DNA of 64,000 nucleotides from NCBI GenBank assembly GCA_041484665.1, contig JBGPIA010000012.1, positions 65,914 through 129,913 of the forward strand, given 5' to 3'. Shown in pieces: positions 10,336 through 20,189 of the stretch. Numbering within the stretch: the first letter of the stretch is position 1; each line of letters starts with the position of its first letter. Under the pieces are notes generated by a model that saw nothing but the letters and a program-made list of their open reading frames with translations, was not told where the DNA came from and did no database searches. Position numbers and translations under genes: made by a program. The stretch comes from Candidatus Krumholzibacteriia bacterium (GTDB taxonomy: Bacteria; Krumholzibacteriota; Krumholzibacteriia; JAJRXK01).

Positions 10336-10599
10336 GGTGGGGACCTCGTGGCGTCGAGGGGGTTGCCCATAGGCTATTCCTCCTCGCTCGTGAATGTCAA
10401 TCTCGCCGGGCTGCCGATGCGCTGACGGTGACTCGAGGCTAATGTGGCAGGCCGCCCGCCCCACTACCACTCGTCCTTTCACCTCATCGCCCAATTGCTC
10501 CGTCTGCGGATTCGGGTTAGTCGCCGGGGCGCGGGCCGCCCATGGCTCAGTTCCGCACGGTTTCCCACGCCGCCTTGGTCGCGTACACGCATGTGCTGG

Positions 10600-10694
10600 C
10601 CCTCGAGGATGACCACGTCGTTGGCGGGCCGCCGCGCCTCGCGTGCTTCCCAACGAGCCCGGCCGGTGGGGGGCGCGACGTTCGGGTCGGAGCC
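10600..10694. repeat. Copy B of ~95-bp degenerate duplicated segment
   Basis: 52/62 identity to 8402-8463 by manual alignment over 10633-10694. Confidence 0.8.
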
Positions 10695-10734
10695 AGGTTC
10701 GCGCGATGACCTTCTCCGCCGGCCGGGCCGGACT

Positions 10735-10944
10735 GAGCTGGTCCATGATCTCGCGCAGCAGGCGCGGATCGGTGATGGACGCCAGCTCGGCGGCCAGCCG
10801 GTCCGCGATGGAGAGAATCCGATCGCGCACCAGACGGAACTGGTGGAATGCCGCAGCCTTTGCGGTCGCGGGAGCCGCTCGGGCGGAGCGCTTGGCTCCA
10901 GCTGCAGGGTGCTCGCGCCGCGTCGCGCGCAATGACTTGCTCAA
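10735..10944 (-). pseudogene. Possible remnant of a phage terminase small-subunit (Nu1-like) gene
   Basis: AAFHQFRLVRDRILSIADRLAAELASITDPRLLREIM resembles the C-terminal helices of Nu1-like packaging proteins (from memory); no complete gene. Confidence 0.4.
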
Positions 10945-10986
10945 GGCGTGCCCGCGGGTTGCCCCGCGACGTGAGGCCGCTGCAGA

Positions 10987-11607
10987 TCAACGGACAATCG
11001 CCATCGAGCGCGATACTTCCGCGTCCAGCGTCGTCAGGCGTGCTTCGTAGACGCCCGAGGCGACCCGTGGGCCATCCACATCCCGCCCATCCCAAGTCAC
11101 CACGAGCGTGCCTGCCAGCGCTGGTCCATCCAGCAGCGTCGTCACCAGCCGCCCGCGCGCGTCGTAGATGCGCACGTTCACACCGCCGGCGGCCGGGAGC
11201 GTACACACGATCTTGGTCGAGGGATTGAACGGGTTAGGAGCAATCGACACGATCGCCAGGCGCGCGGGCAGTGGGGTGGGCGGGGCACCCCAGCGCGCTG
11301 TCACCGTCTCGGATTGGAGGATCTGGTCATTGCCCTGCATTTCGATCTGGTTCTGGTAGCTTACGCCTGCCGTGGCCGTGCTGTCGGTCCAGGAAGTTAG
11401 CGATGCCGCCTGCTGCTCCGTCCAGCGGATGCGCTCCGCCAGCGGATTATCCCCCGATCCTCGAAGCAGGATCAGACGCCGCAGCCCTTCCGTCCAGGGG
11501 AGCTGCCACGAGAGCGCAATCGCCTGCTGAACCGCCTGCACGGTCAGCTGCGGGCGCACCACAGGTTCTGCCCGAAATCGTCGACCGGAATCGGATGCGA
11601 TCTGCAC
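10987..11607 (-). CDS. FlgD-Ig/T9SS-type CTD protein, apparently N-truncated (no signal peptide)
   Basis: PNPFNPST...IYDARGRLVTTL...WDGRDVDG..VASGVY; starts immediately after a strong hairpin. Confidence 0.65.
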   Translation of the reverse strand: MQIASDSGRRFRAEPVVRPQLTVQAVQQAIALSWQLPWTEGLRRLILLRGSGDNPLAERIRWTEQQAASLTSWTDSTATAGVSYQNQIEMQGNDQILQSETVTARWGAPPTPLPARLAIVSIAPNPFNPSTKIVCTLPAAGGVNVRIYDARGRLVTTLLDGPALAGTLVVTWDGRDVDGPRVASGVYEARLTTLDAEVSRSMAIVR

Positions 11608-11612
11608 GGCGC

Positions 11613-11643
11613 GGGCCTCCGCCGGCGATTCCGGCGGAGGCCC
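11613..11643. terminator. Perfect 13-bp inverted repeat downstream of 11659-14151
   Basis: gggcctccgccgg-cgatt-ccggcggaggccc; no U-tract. Confidence 0.6.
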
Positions 11644-11658
11644 TGCGGAGCTCGAAGA

Positions 11659-14151
11659 TCAGTGCACGAAGACGGCCCTGGCCGAGCGCACGGTCGTACG
11701 GCCTCCCGATTCGATCACCGCACGTGCGTAGTACGCGCCGCTCGACAGGTGGCCGGCGCCGTGCCCTTGGAGCTCGAGGCGATGCCGACCTGCCCCGAGT
11801 GTTCCGTTGTAGAGCGTCGCTGTTTCCCGTCCCGCGACGTCGTACAGCTTCACCTGCACAGTGGCCGCCTCGGGCAGATCGAGGGCGAATGCCAGGGTTG
11901 AGAGCCCGCCGGCCGGTGCGAAACGGAGTTGGGTCGACGCCGCGGTATCCGCGCCGGGATCCACGCCGGTCGCGGCGTTGACCACAACGCGCACGCGTCT
12001 GGGCGTGTAGATCACGCTCGCTTGGCTGCCCAGCGGGCTGCCGTTCCAGGTTACGGCGCTGAAGGTGCCGGTGCGCGACGTACACGAGAGGACCGTGAAC
12101 GTGTCGGTCGGCGAGTGGACGAAGCCGGCCTCGAGCCGCAGGTCGAGCGTACCGGTGAGGGTGGCTGGACCGTTCACGACCAAGCTATCGCAGTGCGCGC
12201 CTCCAAGCGTGCCGAGGTCCGACGCGTAGTGGCCCTGGGCGTACTGCGTGTAGTTGCCCGGCACGTGCAGCGCTCCGCCGGGGCCGCTGGCGGAGTACGG
12301 ATCGATGCGGCCGGTGTTCTGGAGCATGGTCACCAGCCGACCCCAGCCGGCAAGACTGCCGGAGATCGGCATGTTGAGGGCATCGATCTCTCCGCCCTGG
12401 ATGTTGACGGCTCCAGCGTTCAATACGGTACCGGTGGTGGTGAGGCGCCCGCCACTCGCGAGCGTGAGCGATCCACCCGGTGAGTAGATAGTCGTGAACG
12501 CTGGATTGATGCCGGTGACATGCAGGACGTTGATCGTGGCGCTCGAGTCGGCGACCACCGATCCGGTGCCGCCCGCCGTCAACCCGCCTCCCAACCAGAA
12601 ATTGTCGCGGCATTGAAGCAGCGAGCCCGCGCCACGGACCAGCACGTTGCCAACTCCGGTCGCGCCGGCGCCGAGCGACAGCGCACCCATATCCGCGAAC
12701 GACCCGCGCAGCACGTCCAATTCGCCGCCGCCACGGACTGCCAGGTTCATGCCCCCGCCACTCGAGAACGTAGCCATGGAGTCCACGAGGATCTTGCCGA
12801 AGCCGCCCAGGGAGTCCCCCAAGGTGGTCGAGCCGGGGCCCATAGCGAATACCGTGCCTGGCTGGCTGAGGTGCAGGGTCCCGGATCCGCCGCGGCCGAC
12901 GAAGAGCTGGGCGTTGCCGTTGAGCGTGTTCGGGCCCGTGCTGGTGACCCCGTCGCTGATCGCAAGCTCCGGTGTACCGACCTGGCTGTTGATCGGGAGG
13001 TACTTCCCCGCCGGCCACAAGAACGCTCCGCCGCGGACGTGCAACAAGCCGCCGCGAAGATCCAGCCCCGGTCCAGCTGTGGGCCAGATCTTGATCCCGC
13101 CATTGACGCGGAATAGCCCGCCCTGCGTGATCCGCAGCACGCTGCTGGCGTCGTTGTCCGGGTCCCCGACGTCGCAGCGGCCGCCCACGCGGACCGCGGC
13201 ACGATCGCGCACCGTGAGCTCTCCATGCCCCGCGACCACGGTGTCGTAGAAATTGAATCCGATCCACAGGTGGTTGTGGACATTCATGGAGGAGTTGCGG
13301 GAGATCCCGGTAGAGGGTCCGATCGTGACCCATCCCCCAGAGCCCGCATCCTGACCGAGCACGGTGGTGCCCGCGATATCCAGGTACCCGCCGTTGTAGG
13401 CGAACAAATTCGCCGCCCCAGCGCCGCCGATGATCATCCCCTCCCCCAGCTCGGAGCCTGTTACGTGGAGCCCGCTAGGGAGGCGGGCGGGGCCAACGTC
13501 GGCGCCGGCCACCCTCAGCGTGGTCGCAGAGGACGCAAGGGGGGCCATCTCGAAGGGCCACGAGGCGACATCCGTGCGCTCGCAGTAGTATTGCGCTCCC
13601 CCAAACACATCCAACTCCGAGATGCCGCCATAGCCGATGACGTCTCCGCCAGAGCCGCTGAAGTAGGGGTTGCCCATCGACTTGGAGTGGAACTGGGCCG
13701 GCGGCAAGAAGAGACCCCCATTGGTCAACGTCATCGTGGTCAAGCTGCCGGGATATCCGAGGTTCAGACAGGTGACGTTCATCGTGCCCGTGTTGACGGT
13801 GAGCTGCGGCGCTCCCGAGCCCGCCCCTACTTCGAGGATGTACGTCGTATGGGGGCTGGACAGGCTGAAGGTCACGTTTCCGCCGCCGCAGCTAAGCGAG
13901 TTCGTAATGGGGACGGTTGCTGGGAACGTGACGGTGTAGGTCCCGCTCACGTCGAAAAAGCCAGTGTCGAGGTAGCCGGGCGTGCCGGCGGGGTTCCACT
14001 TGGTCGGGTCATCCGCCGAGCCGCTCACGGGCGATTTCCAGAAGAAGTAGATGAACGCCCCTGCCGGGGCCGGCAGGGTCGCAGGGAGCATGAGAATCAA
14101 CGACAGGCCGCAGAGCGTTCTCGCGGCCGGCAGGAATCGGGCGCGTTTCAT
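11659..14151 (-). CDS. Secreted Gly-rich beta-helix (autotransporter-passenger-like) protein with T9SS-type CTD
   Basis: ATG 14151 after GGAGG; signal peptide; xxGxxGxGxLxVxxG repeats; GNYTQ...DSLVVNGPATLTGTL junction-like region; C-term LYDVAGRETATL...SSGAYYAR. Confidence 0.8.
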   Translation of the reverse strand: MKRARFLPAARTLCGLSLILMLPATLPAPAGAFIYFFWKSPVSGSADDPTKWNPAGTPGYLDTGFFDVSGTYTVTFPATVPITNSLSCGGGNVTFSLSSPHTTYILEVGAGSGAPQLTVNTGTMNVTCLNLGYPGSLTTMTLTNGGLFLPPAQFHSKSMGNPYFSGSGGDVIGYGGISELDVFGGAQYYCERTDVASWPFEMAPLASSATTLRVAGADVGPARLPSGLHVTGSELGEGMIIGGAGAANLFAYNGGYLDIAGTTVLGQDAGSGGWVTIGPSTGISRNSSMNVHNHLWIGFNFYDTVVAGHGELTVRDRAAVRVGGRCDVGDPDNDASSVLRITQGGLFRVNGGIKIWPTAGPGLDLRGGLLHVRGGAFLWPAGKYLPINSQVGTPELAISDGVTSTGPNTLNGNAQLFVGRGGSGTLHLSQPGTVFAMGPGSTTLGDSLGGFGKILVDSMATFSSGGGMNLAVRGGGELDVLRGSFADMGALSLGAGATGVGNVLVRGAGSLLQCRDNFWLGGGLTAGGTGSVVADSSATINVLHVTGINPAFTTIYSPGGSLTLASGGRLTTTGTVLNAGAVNIQGGEIDALNMPISGSLAGWGRLVTMLQNTGRIDPYSASGPGGALHVPGNYTQYAQGHYASDLGTLGGAHCDSLVVNGPATLTGTLDLRLEAGFVHSPTDTFTVLSCTSRTGTFSAVTWNGSPLGSQASVIYTPRRVRVVVNAATGVDPGADTAASTQLRFAPAGGLSTLAFALDLPEAATVQVKLYDVAGRETATLYNGTLGAGRHRLELQGHGAGHLSSGAYYARAVIESGGRTTVRSARAVFVH

Positions 14152-14506
14152 GGTGGCCTCCGGAAGGGCGTGGAAGGGCCGACACCCTTCTCTACGTCCG
14201 AAGGCTGCGAACTGAACCGCCGAAAGCGCTGGGCCGGTGGCCGCGCGTCCTGCGGTGATCACAAACGATTGGCGAACAAGGAGTTCTATCTGTCCGGGCC
14301 CCGCAAACCGCGCCGTTGCGCTGCCTGAGGCACGTGCTGCGACCTGGCCCCACGCGTGACCAAGTGGTGAGGATCCTCGCGTGGCGTGCGGGGCCGCAGG
14401 ACCGGGTGGACGAGGCGTCGCTCGACAAGGCGCCGGCCAAGCAGCTCACGTGGCTGCGGGTCCAGTGTTCTTCCGAGCGACGCCGCGCAGGGTCGCTGCC
14501 GAGAAA

Positions 14507-15097
14507 CTAGCAGTGGTGCCCGATATGTGCGCTGAACACGCCGACGTCTGCCAGGTTTACGAAGCCATCCGAGTTGAAGTCCGCACAGGCATTATAGGCG
14601 CCATTGAGGGCAGCCGAAAACACGCCGACATCCGCCAGATTGACGAACAGGTCGCCCGTCATGTCCACACTGACGACCGTGATGGGGAGCGGCGATCCGG
14701 CAATGGCGGGCGGGCTGGTCCATATAAAGACGCTGACGGCCCCGCCGCAACCTCCTGCTGCCAACGAGCCGCTGATGGTCGTCTTACCGAACAGATCGGT
14801 CGGCGCATCAGCGATCAGCGGGTTGGCAGGGCACGCGGTCGGAGCCGCGGCCCAGATACCGGCCGCTGGCTCCCCAACATCCGGCCCGAGAAACGCACCG
14901 AAAAGCCCGACGGAGATCCTGAGCCCCCTACTCGCGAGCGTCGGGCCGTCGCCCGCGGGGCAGACGAAGATCCTGCCCGCGGCAGATATGCAGGTGCTGA
15001 ACACCGGGACTGGGGGCCACTGAGCGTCGGCGGGAGTGCTCAGGCACAACCAGGCGAGCGCAGCGAGGATCAGAGCGACGTGTGGCTTCACATTCAT
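14507..15097 (-). CDS. Small secreted protein with two dockerin/EF-hand-like Ca-binding repeats
   Basis: AGGAGG RBS; signal peptide; DMTGDLFVNLADVGVFS and DFNSDGFVNLADVGVFS. Confidence 0.8.
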   Translation of the reverse strand: MNVKPHVALILAALAWLCLSTPADAQWPPVPVFSTCISAAGRIFVCPAGDGPTLASRGLRISVGLFGAFLGPDVGEPAAGIWAAAPTACPANPLIADAPTDLFGKTTISGSLAAGGCGGAVSVFIWTSPPAIAGSPLPITVVSVDMTGDLFVNLADVGVFSAALNGAYNACADFNSDGFVNLADVGVFSAHIGHHC

Positions 15098-15449
15098 AGT
15101 TGCCACCTCCTGGCGTTTGGGACCGCGGTAACGCGCTCTTGCGTGGCGAGGACAGTGGGCGCGTACCGTGTCGGGGATCATAGGTCACGCATCGCCAGCG
15201 GAGCAAGCCTTGCGCGACGGCGCAGCTCGGTGCCTGTGGCGAAGGGCCGCCGGGCGGGACTCCCGAGCTTGGGTCTCAGCCACTCAGATTTCATGGTCGC
15301 CGGCAGGCAGAAGCGTCGGCGGGCACGGATGCAAACAGGTCGGGAGCCCACCTCGCCTCTCGACGCCCGCCCCGTCGTCTCCTCCCCGACCCACTCCGCT
15401 GCGCCCACCGCGCGCCACCGCGCGCCACCGCGCAACTCGCGGCCACGGA

Positions 15450-16034
15450 TCAGCGCGCCGGCGTTTCTCCCGATCGCGCTTCTCGCTTCGCCAGCGCTCG
15501 AAGGTAGTCGACGATGTTGCGGATCTTCCGCTCGTTGAGCGTGCGGCCCCACGGTGGCATTGCGGTCGAGAGCCCGACGCTGCCGCCGCCGGCGCGAATG
15601 GCCGCGGCCAGGTCGTCATCGGAGTGGGTGGCCTGGAAAGTGGAGTCGGCCAGCGCGCGCGGACGCGGGTCGAGGTTGTAGGCGTTGAAGCCGTCCCCCT
15701 TGCCCTCCTCACCGTGGCAGTTCATGCAGTAATGGTGAAATAGGGCGCGCCCTTCGCGGGCGTTGTAGCCCAGGTCTGGGATCGGCAACGTCGGCACTGC
15801 GTAACCCTGGGCTGTGGAGTCGGCGGCCGTTGGAGCAGTGGTGACCGGCGAAGCGGTCGTAGCAGCAGACGCGCTTTGCATTGTCGAGTCGGCCGGAGCG
15901 CCCATTCCCGTGTTGATCGTCGCAAGAACCGCGGCCAACACCAGGGCACCGCCGATCAGCCCGCCCCGGATCGCTGCGCTGCGATTCCTTGCGCCGATCG
16001 CGAGCCCCGCCCAGACCATCCGCACCCGCCTCAC
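15450..16034 (-). CDS. Membrane-anchored monoheme cytochrome c
   Basis: CMNCH, GDG...PRPR, distal Met in AMPPW; GTGA overlap with upstream gene. Confidence 0.88.
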   Translation of the reverse strand: MRRVRMVWAGLAIGARNRSAAIRGGLIGGALVLAAVLATINTGMGAPADSTMQSASAATTASPVTTAPTAADSTAQGYAVPTLPIPDLGYNAREGRALFHHYCMNCHGEEGKGDGFNAYNLDPRPRALADSTFQATHSDDDLAAAIRAGGGSVGLSTAMPPWGRTLNERKIRNIVDYLRALAKREARSGETPAR

Positions 16035-18229
16035 GGCTTGCGCCCCTTTCCCCGCTTCGTGCCCGTGGCCGCCTTCCCGGAGTTTCCGGCGCTCCCCGCG
16101 CTTCCCGCATCCCGCCCTAATCCCGAGCCCTCCGGCGGCGGGATCGACGCCACGTAGGCGGTCAGATCGCGGGCATCGGTATCATCCAGGCCGTAGTCGG
16201 GCTCGCGCACGTCGGCGCGCCACCGCTGCGGGCCCTTGAGCCACCAGTAGATCCACCCCGTCTTCAGGCGGGCCGCGGCTCCGTCGAGCAGGGGTCCATA
16301 GTAGCCACCCCTGCCCCCCACCATGTGGCAGGCCTGGCATCCATATCTCTCATAGAAGAGCTTGCGGCCGCGCTCGATCTGCTCGTACGCCGCCCCGGCG
16401 GGAAAGATCTCCTCTGGAATCCGGTCGTCTCGCAGGACGTTCTCGACGAAGTTGGCCATGAAGGCCGCTTGGTCGTCGGGAATCTGCAGCGGGATCATCC
16501 TCTCCTCGAGGATCGGGCGCAGGGTGGTGGGCAGCTTCAGGTAGCTCGCGAGCCAGGCCTCCTTGACCTTGCTTCCCTCGGCGCCCAGGGGCGCCGTCGA
16601 GATGTCACCGCCGGCGCCGTTGATCTGATGGCATGACAGACACCGATACTCGCCAGCCAGCTGCCCGAAATGTCCGGGAGGCGTGTAGTCGTGCTGCGGC
16701 GCCTCCATGACATAGGCAGCGGGCAGGGGATCGCGGCCCAACGACAGCAGCGCCGTCACCAGCGCCTCGACCTGGTGTTCGGTGAGATTGAACTGCGGCA
16801 TCCGCAGGCCTTGGCGGAACGAGCGTGGGTCGGAGACCTTGGCGGCCAGCCAGTCGGGCAGCCGGCGCGGCAGATCCTCGCGCATTCCGAAATCCAGCTG
16901 CGCAGCCGGCTTGTCGGCGATGCCGGTGAGCTCGGGGCCGATCGGCACCGCGATCCCCTCGCCGTTGATGCGGTGGCAGCTGCCGCAGCCGAGTCTCTTG
17001 TAGATCTCCTTGCCTGCCTCGATCGCTTTCTCCGCCGGCCGCACGCCGGGCGAGGGGGTCGCAACCGACGGCTCCGGAATCGACGGATCGGTGAGCTCTT
17101 CCATCATATAGGCGCTGAGATCGGCAAGATCATGGGGGCTGAAGTGGTAGCGCGGCATGCGGATCCCTGGGTAGAACCGCTGGGGGTCGCCCAGGAACGC
17201 CACCAGCCAGCGACGGTTGACCTCGGAGGCGATTCCGGACAGCTCGGGCGCACTGCCGTTGCCTCGGCCCTCGACCGTATGGCAGGAGATGCAACGCGAG
17301 GCCGAAAACAAGACCTTCCCATGGTCAACGTCCCCGCCCTGGCTCGCGGTCCGCGACTGGTCAGCGTCTTCGCCCTGGCTGGCGACTTGCGCATGCTCGG
17401 CGTGCGCGCCGTGATCGACCTCTCTGCTCGCGGTCCCGCCCGCTGTTTCTGCGCCCAGCTCCACGATCGGCGGTCGCGTCCACAGGAACGCCGTGAGCGA
17501 GTCGATCTCGCCGTCGCTCAGCGCGAAGTTGGGCATCCAGGTTGCCGGTCGCAGCGAGCGTGGCGCATGCAGCCACGCCTTGAGCCAGGCCGGGTTGGTC
17601 TTCTGCGCCAAACCGGCCAGATCCGGCGCCTCGGTCTTCCATCCTTCCTGCCCGGCCACCTTGTGACATCCGTAGCAACCCACGCGCGTCATCAGAGCCC
17701 GGCCCTCCGACAGCAGCGAAGCTTCCGGCACCTCATCACCCCGGTGACACCGTCCGCAGGCCGCCTCGGTGTAGCGCAGCGGCAGCAGCGGCGAGCTCCA
17801 GTCGGGGACGCTTCCGTGCGCCTCGGCAACGGTCGTGGCACGCCCCTGCCCCTGGTGGCAGATCACGCAGCCGAAGCGTGGAATGTCGCCGGGCGTGTGC
17901 GGGGTGCGTGGGTGCTGGCGGAATGGCTCGGTTACCTTCGCCATCCGCGGATCCTCGAGCCCCAAATGACACGTGACGCAGCGGTCCACACGGCCGTCGA
18001 AACCCGGAAGCCAGATCTGGTGGATCCCGATGTGCTGGGCCCGCGCCTGCTTCAGCTCCTTGAGCGATCCCGCGCTGCGCGTAAGCAGGCTGCGATACTG
18101 CGTCTGGTAGCGACGATAGCCGCGGAAGTAGTCCTTCACTGGCGAGATCGCCAGCACGATCAGGAAGGCGACGCTCGATACGGCGAACCAGAACCACAAG
18201 CGGTCGGAGGATGGCTCTTTCGGACTCAT
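16031..18229 (-). CDS. Octaheme c-type cytochrome with N-terminal membrane anchor
   Basis: Eight CxxCH motifs (CVTCH, CVICH, CGRCH, CYGCH, CISCH, CGSCH, CLSCH, CQACH); ATG 18229 in TGATG overlap. Confidence 0.92.
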   Translation of the reverse strand: MSPKEPSSDRLWFWFAVSSVAFLIVLAISPVKDYFRGYRRYQTQYRSLLTRSAGSLKELKQARAQHIGIHQIWLPGFDGRVDRCVTCHLGLEDPRMAKVTEPFRQHPRTPHTPGDIPRFGCVICHQGQGRATTVAEAHGSVPDWSSPLLPLRYTEAACGRCHRGDEVPEASLLSEGRALMTRVGCYGCHKVAGQEGWKTEAPDLAGLAQKTNPAWLKAWLHAPRSLRPATWMPNFALSDGEIDSLTAFLWTRPPIVELGAETAGGTASREVDHGAHAEHAQVASQGEDADQSRTASQGGDVDHGKVLFSASRCISCHTVEGRGNGSAPELSGIASEVNRRWLVAFLGDPQRFYPGIRMPRYHFSPHDLADLSAYMMEELTDPSIPEPSVATPSPGVRPAEKAIEAGKEIYKRLGCGSCHRINGEGIAVPIGPELTGIADKPAAQLDFGMREDLPRRLPDWLAAKVSDPRSFRQGLRMPQFNLTEHQVEALVTALLSLGRDPLPAAYVMEAPQHDYTPPGHFGQLAGEYRCLSCHQINGAGGDISTAPLGAEGSKVKEAWLASYLKLPTTLRPILEERMIPLQIPDDQAAFMANFVENVLRDDRIPEEIFPAGAAYEQIERGRKLFYERYGCQACHMVGGRGGYYGPLLDGAAARLKTGWIYWWLKGPQRWRADVREPDYGLDDTDARDLTAYVASIPPPEGSGLGRDAGSAGSAGNSGKAATGTKRGKGRKP

Positions 18230-18927
18230 CAGTGTGCACCAGGATGCCAGGGCCAGACCCATTTCCAACCGGGGCCGCGGAACAGCACCCCGATCAGGGT
18301 GAGGACGACGGTGACCGACACGAACCAGGTCATGATCCAGTTGGAGAGCGGCACCTTCGCAAGGCGCCCGCGCCAGTCCGGTGGGCAGGCCGGTATGGCC
18401 GGTAGAGCCATCGCCAGGGTCACCAGTAGCGTGGGCACCAGCACCGCCCACACTCGGAAACCCACCAGGAGCGCCGCGAGCGCCGCGCTCACGACCAAGA
18501 GCGTCGCGAGCTTCTTGCGCCGCGGCTCCGCGAGGAAGCCGGCGTTGTCCAGGTTCACCCTGAAGTAGGGGATCGCGACCATCGCAATGACAACCAGCCC
18601 CGGGATGAGGACGCCGGCGACGATCGGCGGAAAATAGTGGAGCAACTCCTGCAGGCCCAGGAAGTACCAGGGGGCCTTGGTCGGGTTGGGCGTATTGGAG
18701 GGGTCGGCGATTCCCTCCAGCGGGGCGTCGAAGAACAGCGAGATGAGCGACAGGACGACGACGCACACCTGGATGAGAATGATCTCGCGCAGCAACAGGT
18801 GCGGCGCCGTCATCACCAGTTCTTCTTGATCGACGAGCACCCGCGCCGGGGTATCCCGCCGGATCAGCGCCACCCGCTTGGGCGTAGCTTTGGCATCGCT
18901 GTCGCGCCCGACCTCGAACTCGGTCAC
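18229..18927 (-). CDS. Cytochrome b C-terminal part (subunit IV-like) of Rieske/cytb complex
   Basis: [23 protein letters not shown] (PEWY-equivalent); multiple TM helices; GTG start overlapping upstream stop. Confidence 0.88.
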   Translation of the reverse strand: MTEFEVGRDSDAKATPKRVALIRRDTPARVLVDQEELVMTAPHLLLREIILIQVCVVVLSLISLFFDAPLEGIADPSNTPNPTKAPWYFLGLQELLHYFPPIVAGVLIPGLVVIAMVAIPYFRVNLDNAGFLAEPRRKKLATLLVVSAALAALLVGFRVWAVLVPTLLVTLAMALPAIPACPPDWRGRLAKVPLSNWIMTWFVSVTVVLTLIGVLFRGPGWKWVWPWHPGAH

Positions 18928-19670
18928 GGCTGGCCTCCTCGGCTGCGACCCGATCCCGCAGAGCCCGCCAGTCCTCCGTCCTTGCGCACTCGCCACAGGT
19001 GCAGCGCCACGCCCAGCACCAGTCCCACGGGCAGCAACGCGCAGTGGAGCACGTAGAACCTCAGCAGCGCGTTCTCACCGACGATGGTTCCACCCAGCAG
19101 CAGGTACCGCATCGGACCTCCCAGCACCGGCACGGCCCGTACCATATTCGTCCCCACCGAGACACCCCAGAGCGCCAACTGATCCCAAGGCAACAGATAG
19201 CCGGTGTAGCTCAGCAGAAGCGTCATCAGCAGCAGGACCACACCCACGACCCAGTTGAACTCGCGCGGGGGGCGGTAAGCCTTGTGGTAGAAGACCCGCA
19301 GCATGTGGAGGAACACCACCAGGACCATCATGTGCGCGGCCCAGCGGTGCAGATTGCGCAGGAACAGCCCGTTGCCCACCACGAACTGCAGCTCCTTCAT
19401 GTCGTGGTAGGCCTGTGGTACCGAGGGGTGGTAGTAGAGCATGAGCATGAGGCCGGTGGCGGTCAGGAGCGCGAAAAGGATGAGGCTGATCGCTCCGAGA
19501 AAGTAGGTGCTGGAGGCCTCGAGGCTGCGCCGGCGCACCTTGGCCGAGTGGAGATGGAGGATCACGCTCTCCATAACCAGCATGACGCGGTTGCGATTGG
19601 TGGGCCGCACGCCGTGCCGCACGATCGAGCGCCAGACCCGATTGTCCGTGGCTGTCTGCAAGAAGCTCAT
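18924..19670 (-). CDS. Cytochrome b N-terminal part (cytochrome b6-like)
   Basis: [38 protein letters not shown]...ALHLW (four heme b His); start may be GTG 19703. Confidence 0.93.
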   Translation of the reverse strand: MSFLQTATDNRVWRSIVRHGVRPTNRNRVMLVMESVILHLHSAKVRRRSLEASSTYFLGAISLILFALLTATGLMLMLYYHPSVPQAYHDMKELQFVVGNGLFLRNLHRWAAHMMVLVVFLHMLRVFYHKAYRPPREFNWVVGVVLLLMTLLLSYTGYLLPWDQLALWGVSVGTNMVRAVPVLGGPMRYLLLGGTIVGENALLRFYVLHCALLPVGLVLGVALHLWRVRKDGGLAGSAGSGRSRGGQP

Positions 19671-19709
19671 GCTCGCGCCTCGATTGCGGTTGGTGGGCCG
19701 CACGTTGCG

Positions 19710-20189
19710 TCAGAACCGGTAGACCGTCCCGGCCGGCACCTCGATCGATGTGTCCACGATCAGCTCGCCTTTGTCCGAGAGGCTCATCTGCACCCAGCGC
19801 AGCGGCCGCGGCGCTGGCCCTGCCATGACGTCACCCTCCAGCGAGAAGCGGCTGCCGTGGCAGGGGCATGCGATGAGGTTCTTGTCGGGCTGGAAGCGGG
19901 CGATGCAGCCCAGATGGGTGCACACCGACGAGAGAGCCCGGAAGCCGTCGGCCAACCGGATGACGAACACCCGGTGCGCGGCGTCCTCGAGCACCGCGCC
20001 GACACCAATGGCCTCGGGCTGGCCGGCCGAGAATGACGTGGCCGGCTCGAACAGCACCCGGGGACGAAGGAAATCGGCCATCACCGCGCTGGCTCCGCCG
20101 CCGGCGAGCCCGCAGGCGATCAGGCCGGTTGCCTGACAGAAGAGCCGGCGGGTCAGGACCGGCTTTCCCGCGTCGCCGGTCTCAGACAT
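19710..20189 (-). CDS. Rieske [2Fe-2S] protein
   Basis: CTHLGC and CPCHGSRF; Tat-like TRRLF N-terminus; GPAPRPL. Confidence 0.95.
   Translation of the reverse strand: MSETGDAGKPVLTRRLFCQATGLIACGLAGGGASAVMADFLRPRVLFEPATSFSAGQPEAIGVGAVLEDAAHRVFVIRLADGFRALSSVCTHLGCIARFQPDKNLIACPCHGSRFSLEGDVMAGPAPRPLRWVQMSLSDKGELIVDTSIEVPAGTVYRF

Noticed and set aside
10336..10944. N-terminal 203 aa of the 762-aa ORF call (and similar upstream extensions of 6229, 16031, 37170, 48658, 50230, 61283)
   Set aside because: RBS position, signal peptides and gene overlaps support downstream starts
14270..14510. Short plus-strand ORF fragments between two secreted-protein genes
   Set aside because: No family recognised; possibly a decayed gene but unsupported
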